The position numbers and the translations under genes were made by a program. Positions 1 to 11,965 of a DNA stretch of 44,572 bases are shown here, piece after piece; the stretch's first letter is position 1, and every line of letters begins with the position of its first letter. The notes beneath the pieces are model-generated. The model was given only the letters and a program-made list of their open reading frames with translations. It made no database searches and was not told the origin of the DNA. The stretch is from Octopus bimaculoides (taxonomy: Eukaryota), in contig NC_068981.1 of the NCBI RefSeq assembly GCF_001194135.2, forward strand, positions 45,825,746 to 45,870,317. Direction: 5' to 3'.

Positions 1-76
1 CCTATTATAGTAGGTGCCTTAGGTATAATAAAAAAAAATATTCAGACAAATACATAACAAAAACACCAGGACTTAC

Positions 77-229
77 AAATATATATAACATACAGAAAAT
101 TGCACTACTGAGTACTGCACACGTTCTACACAAAACACTTTCAATACAGTAACCATAAGAGCACCACAGCAAACCACAGCACATACCCAAGGCGCACAGA
201 GCTGCGCTCGGTTGTGAAGTGAAAGCACG
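77..229 (-). other. Possible exon of a minus-strand gene continuing off the left edge (hydrophobic, Cys-rich frame or 5' UTR exon)
   Basis: Strong minus-strand donor TTT|GTAAGT at 76/77. The frame upstream is open: RAFTSQPSAALCALGMCCGLLWCSYGYCIESVLCRTCAVLSSAIFCMLYIF. No clear acceptor was seen. Confidence 0.2.
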
Positions 230-270
230 TCATAAAAATAAAACTACTGAACAATAATAATAATAATAAT

Positions 271-304
<34 letters not shown>

Positions 305-415
305 GATGTTTACGCAAATAGGATAGCTCAAGGAAGGAGTAAATATATAGTAAAGCCTTCAAATCTTAAGATCCTGTTTCTTATATTGTGTCCAGGTAAA
401 AACATTTTATCACTG

Positions 416-456
<41 letters not shown>

Positions 457-599
457 GCAAGAGAGTTAGGGGTTGAGGATTCAACCCACTATCGGATAGT
501 ATGTATCTAATATACTTCTGGGAGTGTACCCAATTATTGTTACACCAGTGTTATACCAAATATAATAAGTGGGTGTGGGTAAAAGGGGTTATTTTACCC

Positions 600-1500
600 T
601 AAATTTATATAGCAATAAGAAAATGGAAGAGAAAATGCGGTATCCATCGACTTGCAGACAGCGTTTTCCATTGAATTAATTTATTTATTTTGTAACTAAA
701 ACGACAAAATCCACAATATACAAATGCTTACGACATACCATGTCATATTAAGATTTAATGTTATAAAAATATAAAGTACATTTAGCAATTGGAGAATATA
801 CAGAAACTTACAGCTGTTTCGACTTATCGTTGGCCGAAACAGCTGTAAGTTTCTGTATATTCTCTGGACATCTCCAGTTGACATACCTTTCACTTTTAAT
901 ATCAAAAGCTGTAGACAGTAGACTTCTTCTAACCATCATCAAAGAAACTCGACTTGCGGAATTTCAACCTATTTACCCAGTCAGCAAAACCAATCCCCGG
1001 CATTTCAAACATAGTTAAGAAGCCCGACAACTTATACCAACGAAGAAACTCGAACCACGTACTTCCAACCAATTTACCCAGACAGCAAAGTAGTCTCACA
1101 GCTATTCAATTAATAACACTGATAACCTGTACCAACCAAAACCACAATGCACATTTCCAATACACTCTGTGGTGAGAAACAGGAACACACTTTGGAACAA
1201 ATCACACAGGAGAAACCCAAAGTAATTGATTTATCAAAGGAAGCTCTCTCTGTAACAAAAATCAGTATACTAGCTAAAAGATTAAATTTACACCAACCCT
1301 ACGAAGATTTAGGATGAAATACGAGACAATATTTCGGAATTCTGCAGAAAACATCGACTAACAGAAGTACTGACTACAACAACGGGGATGAATCACTGTT
1401 TAAAAACAGAAGCTATCATCACGCACCTAAGTGTAGGAATAAAATATTAGATAACTTCTGCGTGCATATCCAAAATTTCACAAATACTTTTCATAAGCGA
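600..1500 (+). mobile_element. Penelope-like retroelement remnant: inverted pseudo-LTR piece (about 600-821), then 5' region and degenerate ORF N-terminus
   Basis: Frameshifted translation at about 1215-1480 gives KPKVIDLSKEALSVTKISILAK...EFCRKHRLTE...ESLFKNRS...RNKILDNF. This matches the NLS-x-L-x-E-x-LL-x-KGL-x-F-x-PTP / EF-x-RRLRL-x-E pattern that precedes PLE reverse transcriptases. The inverted junction at 792-864 is typical of PLE insertions. Confidence 0.7.
792..864. repeat. Perfect 30-bp inverted repeat with 13-nt spacer
   Basis: GAGAATATACAGAAACTTACAGCTGTTTCG (792-821) is the exact reverse complement of CGAAACAGCTGTAAGTTTCTGTATATTCTC (835-864). Confidence 0.95.
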
Positions 1501-1611
1501 AAAATTAATTTAGACCCGAGATCCACATTTTCGAGATCAGTGACTTTTCGTCACTGGAAAGAGTATATATATTTGATTGAGAATCCCTTCCCATCGCCAA
1601 CCGGTGGTTGT

Positions 1612-1656
1612 CACACGCTGATGACAGGTCACTACTCAGAAACTCGGATCCGTGTG
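1612..1656 (+). ncRNA. Degenerate type I hammerhead-ribozyme-like motif
   Basis: Stem I is CACACG (1612-1617) pairing with CGTGTG (1651-1656). Core CTGATGA is at 1618-1624, GAAA at 1639-1642, and the NUH triplet ATC at 1648-1650. Stems II and III are mismatched. Confidence 0.45.
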
Positions 1657-1859
1657 TATCACGCCAAGCTGGAGATGAGAACGATGACTTCCCTCTGCAA
1701 ATACTAATAGGGCACAGATAGTGTGTCAATAGTCAACTGGAGGAGATGTCTTCTTGGGGCTACAAGCTACAGTAGCATGAACACTTAAGGGTTAGCCACA
1801 TTTAGGTGGCAAATATACTTCACAATATTTATTTATAGATATATATAGTCCTTGCACAC

Positions 1860-2010
<151 letters not shown>

Positions 2011-2387
2011 GAGAGAGAAAGGATGATGCCATATAGCGAAGGCGCGTCTCACCCGATGCTATCTGCATCCATACGGCCGCATATTGTGATGGATCGTCGT
2101 GTCAGTATAAACAGCTTTTGGACGTATAACACCTTCCTTCCACCTCATTAATTTTCACTGTCTTTTGCACCTATTAATATAACTATCTATATATTTATAG
2201 ATAAAGTCTCGTCACCTGAAAGTTACCAAATTTTGCTTTCTCTCGGTTTGCATGTATACATGTATATTTTGTATTTGATACATTTAATATATCTAAAATG
2301 TTGGATGTGTCTAATCACTTTATCTACATAATTTCACACACACACAAATAAACACACAGAAACAAATACACGCACAAATAAATCTAG

Positions 2388-2422
<35 letters not shown>

Positions 2423-2464
2423 TTGATGTATATAAATACATATATACATATATAGTGAATGTAT

Positions 2465-2791
2465 CTGACTCAGTTGTTAGAGCGTTCGGATCACAATCAT
2501 GAGGTAACGAGTTAGATTCCAGGACATGGTTGTTTTTTTTGCTATGCTTTGAGCAAGACACTATATTTCACGTCACTCCAGCTCACTTAGCTGTAGAAAT
2601 GTGTTTCGACATCACTGGTGCCAAGGTGTATCTGCCTTTCGCTTGGATAACATTAGTAACGTGGACAAGGAAGTCTGGTATGCATGGTCGACTGCCGGGC
2701 TTCTATGAACAACCTTGCCCGGATATGTACCTCAGAGGGTAACATTGTAGGTTTAATGCCCTCGTCATTCATGACCGAAGGGGGTCTTTGC

Positions 2792-2792
<1 letters not shown>
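2465..2792 (+). mobile_element. tRNA-derived SINE followed by a (CA)n tail
   Basis: A-box-like TGACTCAGTTGTTAGAGCG and B-box-like GAGTTAGATTCC, then the TTGAGCAAGACACT core-type motif and a body ending before (CA)n. Confidence 0.8.
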
Positions 2793-2835
<43 letters not shown>

Positions 2836-3628
2836 NNNNNNNNNNACACACACACACGCATACACACACGCACACACACACATATACACACACACGCGCA
2901 CACACGCACACACGCACACACACACACACATTAGACTATTAATAATAAAGAGTATGGAAACCTATTCATCCATATAATTTATTGTATATTTTTATAAAGT
3001 ATTATATATAAGTTATATAAATTCACGTCCCGATTTGCAGAGCACAATAAGTGAAAATTGCATAATGTGAGATATTTGAATGTGAAATATGTACAAACTA
3101 TATAGATTTGTATATTCCAAAACCGTATATAAGAGTCCCATTGTTAAAATATTAAAATATGAATAATAATAACGTGTTTGTGAGGGATAATTGCAAATGC
3201 GTGTATGTGTATGCCTGTGTTCATTTGTGTGGGCACGCGCGCGTTAGACATCGATCGCAAAAGGGAGATCTAAAGAAAAATAGGAAATTTTTAAATGATC
3301 ATAAAATTAAGTGATTAAGAGAAAAAAAACTTAACATAAATATCAAACGTTACTATACCTTACGTAAATACAACTAATAACCCACCACTACACTCTAACT
3401 ATCAGTCTTTACCAACTTGATTTGGAATGTACCCAATTTTATTGTAATGTAAACAGGGACCCGGGATGCTATCCCTTGCATATTATAGAGCGTTGGTTTT
3501 CGATGTGCGCGCAAATTTTGGAAATTATACATGGGGAAATTGTGAGCCTAGCGTAATGACCCGTGCTGAGAGGAGTTGAGTTCAATGCATTGTGTTTAGA
3601 TTTGTGAAGCTGTAAATTTCGATTGCAG

Positions 3629-3703
3629 GACGAAGCCCTGCGCTATGTCGTTTATACTAATTTTCCTATTAGAACAGCTACGTCAAACCGGAATGAGTTC
3701 CAG
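3629..3703 (+). CDS. Candidate exon of unidentified host gene
   Basis: Acceptor TTTCGATTGCAG| and a GC-type donor CAG|GCAAGT (alternative GT donor at 3708). Two frames are open: DEALRYVVYTNFPIRTATSNRNEFQ or TKPCAMSFILIFLLEQLRQTGMSS. Confidence 0.3.
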
Positions 3704-4260
3704 GCAAGTAATGTTCTACTACTTTCTCCCTCGGGTATCTTTTTGTGGATTTTCCCTTGAAATGAGTAGGAAACTATCTCAAGAATTCTTAGAACCTAAT
3801 AGTATTTGAGAACACATGCTACGAAGATACAGATTCATAAATCACAAGTGACATTGATAAAGGCTGTCAAATTTATGTTGACGTTCTTCGACAGCAATCA
3901 TATATTTTTCGCAAAATCAAAATATATCAATCCATTTCCTGGTTTACATAATTAAATACCGTTAATTTTCTGCTGACTAATTTAGAGATCGTTTTTGAAA
4001 GCACTTGTAGTATATCAAATTATTTAAATTATATATTCTACTTAATGTTTGTTTTGGAAGTTGAAGATATGTATTATATATTCCAATTTATTTCCTACAG
4101 TTGCCAATTTAAAATGGAAGATTTTTCTGCTATTAGAATCGGACCAGTGTATTAGTGGAAATTTATATCACGAAAAGCTATTTGATATATCTATAAGTAG
4201 TGAATTATATTTAATGAAACTCTGAATACTGTGGAAATTGGAAATGAAGAAAGAGTAACT

Positions 4261-4345
<85 letters not shown>

Positions 4346-4839
4346 NNNNNNNNNNGTGTGTGTGTGTGTGTGTGTATGTGTGTGTGTGTGTGCGTGTGTG
4401 TGTGTGCGTGTGTCTCTGTGTGTGTGTGTGTATGTGTGTACATATTTATGTGTATGCATATTTGAGAAGCATGGATGCTATGATCTGTATGTTTTTAATA
4501 TCATTGTGTACAAAGTAATATATACTAAAGAAAATGTAAGTAGAAACCGATAGTATATGAACAATAAATACGTAGATTTTAAATATATGTATCTCACATC
4601 ATTCAATTACACTGACGATCACATCTCATTTATTTGATATTTTATAGGCGTTTTAATATTAGTATCAACAATGAAATATATGCCACTAACACTATACTAT
4701 TTTGATATTCACTATTGCTCACTGTACCTTTCCGTGAATTTCTATATCTGAAAATAAACACATTATCCTGCCAATATTATATCTTCCAATTCTAAACAAA
4801 AGGGAAAGTAACATATTCCACGTCCCGAAATTTATCTAG

Positions 4840-4909
4840 ATGCTATAAATATGCTGCTGCTGCAAGTCAAATTATGTATCAAGCAATGAAGTGGACATGG
4901 ATAGAACTG
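4840..4909 (+). CDS. Candidate exon of unidentified host gene
   Basis: Acceptor TTTATCTAG| and strong donor CTG|GTAAGA. Open frame CYKYAAAASQIMYQAMKWTWIEL (phase 2 to 0). Confidence 0.35.
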
Positions 4910-6193
4910 GTAAGATATGCGATAGTATATTTTTAAAATGGGTGCTAATTAATATTTATCATTTAAAAGTAAATGATGATTGTTCCTCACAATAAATATA
5001 GTCATATATGGACTCTGTCTATTTCTCATCTCCTCAATTTTGTGAGATACATACGAAATCTGTATAGTAAAGCAAAATTTAGTACGATGCCATTTTATGA
5101 ACAACAGAACTGTAGGTTAAATCCTGCCTTACTGTTGCAATCGGTTAACGCACGCAATTGCTCTTTTCTCTTATACTTTGCTGCCGTACATAAGAATATA
5201 AATCGTCGTTTCTTCATGGGCTTTATAGATCAAAGCTAGATGACTGGTCTCTCAAGTGCTTCTAATCCTGCAAATAGTATTATACTCGCCTTATGTAACC
5301 TTCACATAATTGACATTACAGCTACTAAATAATTCTTCCTTGTGCGTTGCCAAGAAAATATTTACCAGTAAACTAACGCCATTGTATCATAGACACACAT
5401 TTTTATGAGCTTTAAATTGCGTCTATAAAATTCTTATCGTACGAATTCTCAATATGCCGAATTGATACTATTACTTCGCTTCTTAATTTCATTATGTATC
5501 TATTTAGAAGACGATTAATTCTCAAGAATATTCATTTTCTTCATTTACCAGAATATCAATTGTCTGCACTTCTCTCAATGCCGAGCATATTGCCCCACGT
5601 ATCTACCTATATCTAATAATTATTAAATGCAAGAAACTCACCATTGATTGAAGTTGTAAAAAATATGCCTGGTGCTGGATTTAATTTCACAACTATAACT
5701 AAAACCTATATTTTAATCATTCTATGAGAGTTTTAACTCATTATGTTCGGTGAACACATTTTTCTACTATTGCTATGAGGGGGAGACATGAACAATTTTT
5801 ATGAAATTCGCACTTGAAAATAATGCATTGTTAGTTTATAATCGAATTAAACTATGAACGTTGCTTCCAAAATATTCATCTATGTTCTCCTTATAAGACC
5901 AATGACATGCAATTCTCAGTAACGTGAATGACATCATTAAAACTGAGAAAACATTTTCTAACTAAGCAAATGTGTAATATGGTCGATGATATACAAGTGG
6001 AGGAGGGAGTGGCAGTAAACACTATATCATTGGCATTTAAATATGTCCGATAACATATGGTATGATGAGTATTTTAGGAACAATTTCAGTTTCCAAATGT
6101 ATGAATAAGATTTCATTAGTTAAACAAGTAGTGTTTCATGTATGACATATTTAATATTTACAACAATATATGGAATCGAATCACTTCCTTTAG

Positions 6194-6234
6194 ACGAAAC
6201 AATTATTAAGTATTGAATTCAATATTCCAGTTTT
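6194..6234 (+). CDS. Candidate short exon
   Basis: Acceptor CACTTCCTTTAG| and donor TT|GTAAGA. Frame TKQLLSIEFNIPV (phase 0 to 2). Confidence 0.25.
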
Positions 6235-7952
6235 GTAAGAGATCTTATAAAGTCGTAATGTAAGTTCAAACAATGGCTCTACACAATCTTGAAAATTGCA
6301 AGTAGGAAGTAATAACATGAGGTATAGTAGTGCAACGTACAATAAAACTTGTATCGTAATCTTGGTTATAGATAACAGAAAAATCGTACTTAATGCGAAT
6401 TGTGAGAATGTTTACACATAAACATGTCATTAATACCTAACTTTCCTGACGGAGAAGTATGTTGCGTTAATAAACTTAAGTTATAATGAATTTTCACTTG
6501 GACAGTAGAATATTTTAACCAATTACAAATAGTAGAAAAATATATGTCCAAATCTTAGACGTTTTGTTGTCTCATAATATACGTGTTACAGTATGCAACT
6601 GCAGCACGTTGTCATTGATTGTAGAATCATTCGTTTTCTAAATGTTATTAATAACATTTTCTTCCATCGCTATCAGATATTGCATTGGTTTAATTAAAGG
6701 ATAAGACTGGCACAAAATAATTCTCAACTCACGAGATGATAAACAGCCATATAATCTAAAGTGTCTGGTAAGTCTAGTATCTACAATAAATAATCTGCAG
6801 CAGACTGATAAAATATTATCGATGTCATCTTTAAATAGGGTTAAGAATAAAGAGCATGAAAATCATTCCTTCAATTAAAAGTGTTGACCTTCGTTGATAC
6901 AAAAGTGTATACGTGCTAGAGTTAGACGTTAATGGATAATATGTACAGTATTGTCATTTATAAGTACACACAGACACACACACATACACACACGCACACA
7001 CAAACACAAAAACACACACACATATGATTTAGGATTAAACAATATCTCACGTATTGGCATACATATATCTATAAATAATTGCTAAAGGGAAAAACAAAAT
7101 CATTATATTTATAAGTACAGTATAATGATAGCTACATATGTCTATCTCTCTGTCTGTCTATATGCATGTATGTGTCTATGTATGCATGCATGAATATATG
7201 TATATCTATGCATCGCTATTCTAAGACTTTTTATCACGTCTTCAATGCATAAAAGCATAGAAATATGAAGTTTAATGGCGTCACTACACAGTCACTCCAA
7301 CGCTGCAATACGTTAACAACACTGCAAATAGCAAAGATTTATGTTACTAACAGCAGCACAGAATATGAACATTTGTAACACCAATCGCGTTAATTGATGA
7401 TTCCTCTTCAAATTGGATGATTGTTCAATTAACTGGTTTTCACTTGTAAAAATGCAGTTATTATCTGATAGGGTTCGTGTAAATTTGTCCTACAAATTTC
7501 GTGATCAATGCGGATTTTCAAATAACAAACGGAACAAAGAGAATTCTACTTATTTCTTGTCGCGTATGACAGCGCTCAAGGCTACGTTTGGACAACTATT
7601 TCTTAGTATAAATCGGACCGTTTTCGCATATTTACTGTTTCACATAGCGAGTACAGAATTACTTATGAAAAAATAGTCTGTTGTTATTGTCATTGTTTTT
7701 GTTGTTGTTGTAGGTGGCGGTGGTGGTTGTGATGGTGCTACTTCTACTGTTAGTGATTTGGGCGTTTTGTTCATGGCATTATTAGCTTAGGAGACCCAGT
7801 AACATAATTTGAGAGTTTTGTAATTTTATCCTAAGACGTATAAATTGAAAATCACCAGCCAATTTGAAAGAAGTTAAGTACGCGTCTTCGTCTCTTATAT
7901 GCAACATACGAAATCACATATTGTCAGCTGAATATTGTAATTACTAATTAAG

Positions 7953-8049
7953 AGACACTTCTGGGTTGAAAAATGTTAAACTGAAGTTACCAGCTGCATG
8001 TTTTGTTAGAAAATTAGCTTGTACCACAAATATGTCTACCTCAAGAACG
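7953..8049 (+). CDS. Candidate exon of unidentified host gene
   Basis: Strong donor ACG|GTGAGA. Open frame DTSGLKNVKLKLPAACFVRKLACTTNMSTSRT (phase 2 to 0), closed by a stop just upstream of the AG. The acceptor is weak. Confidence 0.35.
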
Positions 8050-9232
8050 GTGAGACGAAAGATAATTCTTTATCTTTTGCTTGCAGAGTCTCTTAGTTAA
8101 ATAACAAATATCGTAAGGGTCTTATTTAAGTAATAAAATTGTTGTAGAAACAAGAAATGTTAGACTCATCATGCGTTCATCCAAACAGATTGACTACCAT
8201 AAGAGTGTTACGAGAAACCATTGTCAGTAAATCATAATTAAAGTATACAATTTGGAATATATTATACCGTATTAGTTGCCAACATGGATTGTGTAACCGC
8301 CTCGAAATTTGCTTCAGAAATTTTGAAGCTTCAGAAAAATATTCAGTGACTAACGAAACAGCTATGCAGTAAAGAAAACGATATCTGAATTTGAAAAATA
8401 TAGACAGATGAAGGAGTATGTTTCAGTTAGTAAACTAGGTGTAATATCATACCAACACATCCCTATGATTCAACACTAAAATGTTATTACCATTAACTTA
8501 TATATTAGTGAAGCAAAGCCGACTGACACATAACCCTGGGTATCACCAGTGCACATTATTTCAATCAAAAGGAAAGAAAAAGGAACAAGTACAAAACTTA
8601 GATCCGCCAAAGGATTTAACAGGAGGCATATATAATGCATAAACTACTCGACCACGATTCCTGGGTGCAGTACAAATGAAGTGCAAATATATGCTCCTAT
8701 TTTTGCTGTTGGCATACAACTATATTAGATAAATATGAATTTAATAAATACATATTAGCAAAACCATGGTAACAATTTTAATTTCATATGCACTTGCTCC
8801 AGCCTGCAGTTAAATAATACAGCAAAGCCATGGTTTGATCTACCTAGTTAATCGTGTACGTTGTAGCCCGTTACACTGCAAACTAATCTATAGGAAAACA
8901 CTCTGTATCTGAACAGATTGAGGTGAGAATATTAATGTTATCAGTTGCTTTAATGTAACTCCAAACTAATCGATAGCCCACTTATAATTGGTGCGTGTGA
9001 AACAAGTGTTTCATAATCGGGGTCATTATTTCTTAGCGAGGCTAAACATATTATTATAGAGCAGACGATTGTTCATATGTTTAAAGCATAGATAGCTATT
9101 ATAAACATTTGCAAGCAGCTACACCATATCGCTTATATATATATATAACACTCAAAATAAATATGGAGATTAGTAATCTGTATGCATTTTTTACGGTACC
9201 AGCCTGGATATTTAGCCCTATTCATTTTCTGC

Positions 9233-9265
<33 letters not shown>

Positions 9266-9288
9266 GCACACACACACGCACACACACA

Positions 9289-9328
<40 letters not shown>

Positions 9329-9482
9329 NNNNNNNNNNNNNNNNNNNNNNNNNNNNNNNNNNNNNNNNNNNNNNNNNNNNNNNNNNNNNNNNNNNNNNNN
9401 NNNNNNNNNNNNNNNNNNNNNNNNNNNNNNNNNNNNNNNNNNNNNNNNNNNNNNNNNNNNNNNNNNNNNNNNNNNNNNNNNN

Positions 9483-9527
<45 letters not shown>

Positions 9528-9559
9528 ACGTTTCGGTATCCAGAAGATCCAAAATGCAG
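9528..9559 (+). CDS. Candidate micro-exon
   Basis: Strong donor CAG|GTATGT. Frames TFRYPEDPKC or RFGIQKIQNA are open. The acceptor follows a (TA)n run. Confidence 0.25.
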
Positions 9560-9671
9560 GTATGTCTATGTAAGTACTACAGAAAGACCACTGCTAAGCT
9601 TCCAATTTGATAATGGTATGGCTGAGGTGTCTAACCCGGGTCGTGTGTGCATTGGTATATGTTAAAAAGAA

Positions 9672-10318
9672 TGAGACAACAAAACCAAGGCAGTGTGAAA
9701 ATTCTAGGACATTTATAAAGAGAAAGTTAGTCTTATAGCTGTTTGAAGGATTTAAAAGTTATCACATCATCAGAGACAATATGAGAAATTAGATCGAAGA
9801 AAAGAGTAGTAACAAACAAAGGCACACATTTGCCTTATCATTTGTTTTATACATTCAATTTCACGACACAAGTTCATTTTATACTGATTCTGAGGATATG
9901 CCTTTAAATTGAGTATCAATTCCATTAACATATTATTCACCTTCAGTATTTCGGTGACATTAAACTCGTGGCTAAATAAGCTATCAGAATTTACATACCA
10001 TGGGCAAGAAACATTTTTACCCATTCTACATAGCACATTCCTTGGATAACGGAACAACAGCTTTAACATCCAACATATATTTTTCTTCCCATATTTCCCT
10101 TTATACTTCCTATATCCTTCCCTTTCCAAAATAACTTTTTATATTGAACTCTATTTCCTTGTAGTTAACTCTCATATCGTTACTATTTCCTTGTAATTAA
10201 CTCTCATATCGTTTCTGATGAAGGAATTGCTTTGTATATCCCTGAAACAGCTGTAACACTACATTTCTCCTTAAAAATGCCCTAGAAACCTTTAAACTGC
10301 CTTGGTTTTGTTGTCTCA
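9672..10318. mobile_element. Pair of inverted, diverged PLE-type pseudo-LTR copies (about 9672-9775 on minus, about 10211-10318 on plus)
   Basis: CTGCCTTGGTTTTGTTGTCTCA (10297-10318) is the exact reverse complement of 9672-9693. Similarity extends about 105 bp, through CTAGAA and AAACAGCT to CTGATGA, in both copies. It shares GAAACAGCTGTAA with the PLE at 835-850. Confidence 0.7.
10215..10255 (+). ncRNA. Minimal PLE-type hammerhead-like motif (partly degenerate)
   Basis: CTGATGA (10215-10221), stem II AGGAAT/ATCCCT with one mismatch, then GAAAC-AGCT-GTA (palindromic loop III, GUA triplet). Stem I pairs poorly. Confidence 0.5.
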
Positions 10319-10341
10319 GACTAGTTAACACAAACCTGCTG

Positions 10342-10575
10342 ACCAATGACTTGTGAGTGAATTTGGTAGACGGAAAATGAAAGAAACCTTCGTATATATG
10401 TATATATATACGTATATGTGTGTATATGATTTTGTGTCTGTCTTTCTTCCTCCCCACCAAACATCGCTTGACAACCGATGCTGGTATTTTTACGTTCCCG
10501 TAACTTAGCGGTTCGGCAAAAAGGACCTACAGAATAACTACTTGGCTTACAAAGAATAAGTACAAGAATAAAAGA

Positions 10576-10576
<1 letters not shown>
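10342..10576 (+). mobile_element. SINE body fragment (same family as 20085-20500)
   Basis: CTTGTGAGTGAATTTGGTAGACGGAAA, ACAACCGATGCTGGT, GTAACTTAGCGGTTCGGCAAAA and GGCTTACAAAGAATAAG are reverse complements of segments in 20220-20390. Confidence 0.8.
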
Positions 10577-10615
<39 letters not shown>

Positions 10616-11358
10616 GCATATGCATGTATGTATGTATCTTTGTATCACGTTATCACATCATGTATCACGGGAAGATATGATCTAAAAACCTGGCAATTCT
10701 AACCAGCTGAGTTTTCAAAGGCAATTCTTATGGTACAAACTTGTAATAAATCTCCATATTTTTCTCCAAATCTACCAAAAATAATTGAAACATTCATGCG
10801 GTGCATGTTTAGTGCTGCAGCTGTACTAAAGTTTAAAATATATATAAACACGTACATATACAAGCGCAAAAATCACAGACCCCCACCCCACACATATGTA
10901 TGTATGTATTATGTGTTCATGTGCATCCATATATATGCGTGCATGTTTGCATGCACGTGTATACATCTATATATTAGCCTGAGTCCCCTGCATGTGCTAG
11001 TGTAAAACTAAGTAGTTAGGAATAGATTTTATGAGAATGTAGATATGCGTAAGCAAAACGTACAGCATCATTCAATAAATAAAGCTGTGTCTGAAAGACA
11101 GTTCTCTATCAGCATGATGAAAACGAGAACAGCTTGATTATTTCGAACTAATTATTTCTGCCTTTTCAAGATTTCCTATAGCATCTCCTCCTACAGAATA
11201 GAAAAAAAAACATTCAGAACTAGGGGAGACAATTGTTCTTAGAACAATAACTCTATAGTTTAAACATACTATCTCTTTACGTAGTGTACCTAAATGCGTG
11301 TTTCTCAAAAGAAAATTTATTTGTGAAATTATTCGTATTTTTCGGCACAAATACTCGG

Positions 11359-11397
<39 letters not shown>

Positions 11398-11853
11398 GTA
11401 TATATANNNNNNNNNNNNNNNNNNNNNNNNNNNNNNNNNNNNNNNNNNNNNNNNNNNNNNNNNNNNNNNNNNNNNNNNNNNNNNNNNNNNNNNNNNNNNN
11501 NNNNNNNNNNNNNNNNNNNNNNNNNNNNNNNNNNNNNNNNNNNNNNNNNNNNNNNNNNNNNNNNNNNNNNNNNNNNNNNNNNNNNNNNNNNNNNNNNNNN
11601 NNNNNNNNNNNNNNNNNNNNNNNNNNNNNNNNNNNNNNNNNNNTAGTGCGTCTAACGCGAAAAAAAAAAATAATAACTTTAAAAACAACTATGATACTTT
11701 CTTGGTTCTTTTCTGACACTTAATTTTCTGAATCTTTCCTTTTCCCTCTCCAACTCTACCGTTGCGCTTTAGCAATATGATACATTTGCACATCGATTGT
11801 GACCGTTCATTTATGATACATGCGCAAGTGAATTCATTTTCACTATATATCTT

Positions 11854-11919
<66 letters not shown>

Positions 11920-11934
11920 TAGATAGATAGATAT

Positions 11935-11965
<31 letters not shown>

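Noticed and set aside
2060-2120. IVMDRRVSIN resembling the mariner DRR-x-T motif
   Set aside because: Too short, and no flanking transposase similarity was seen.
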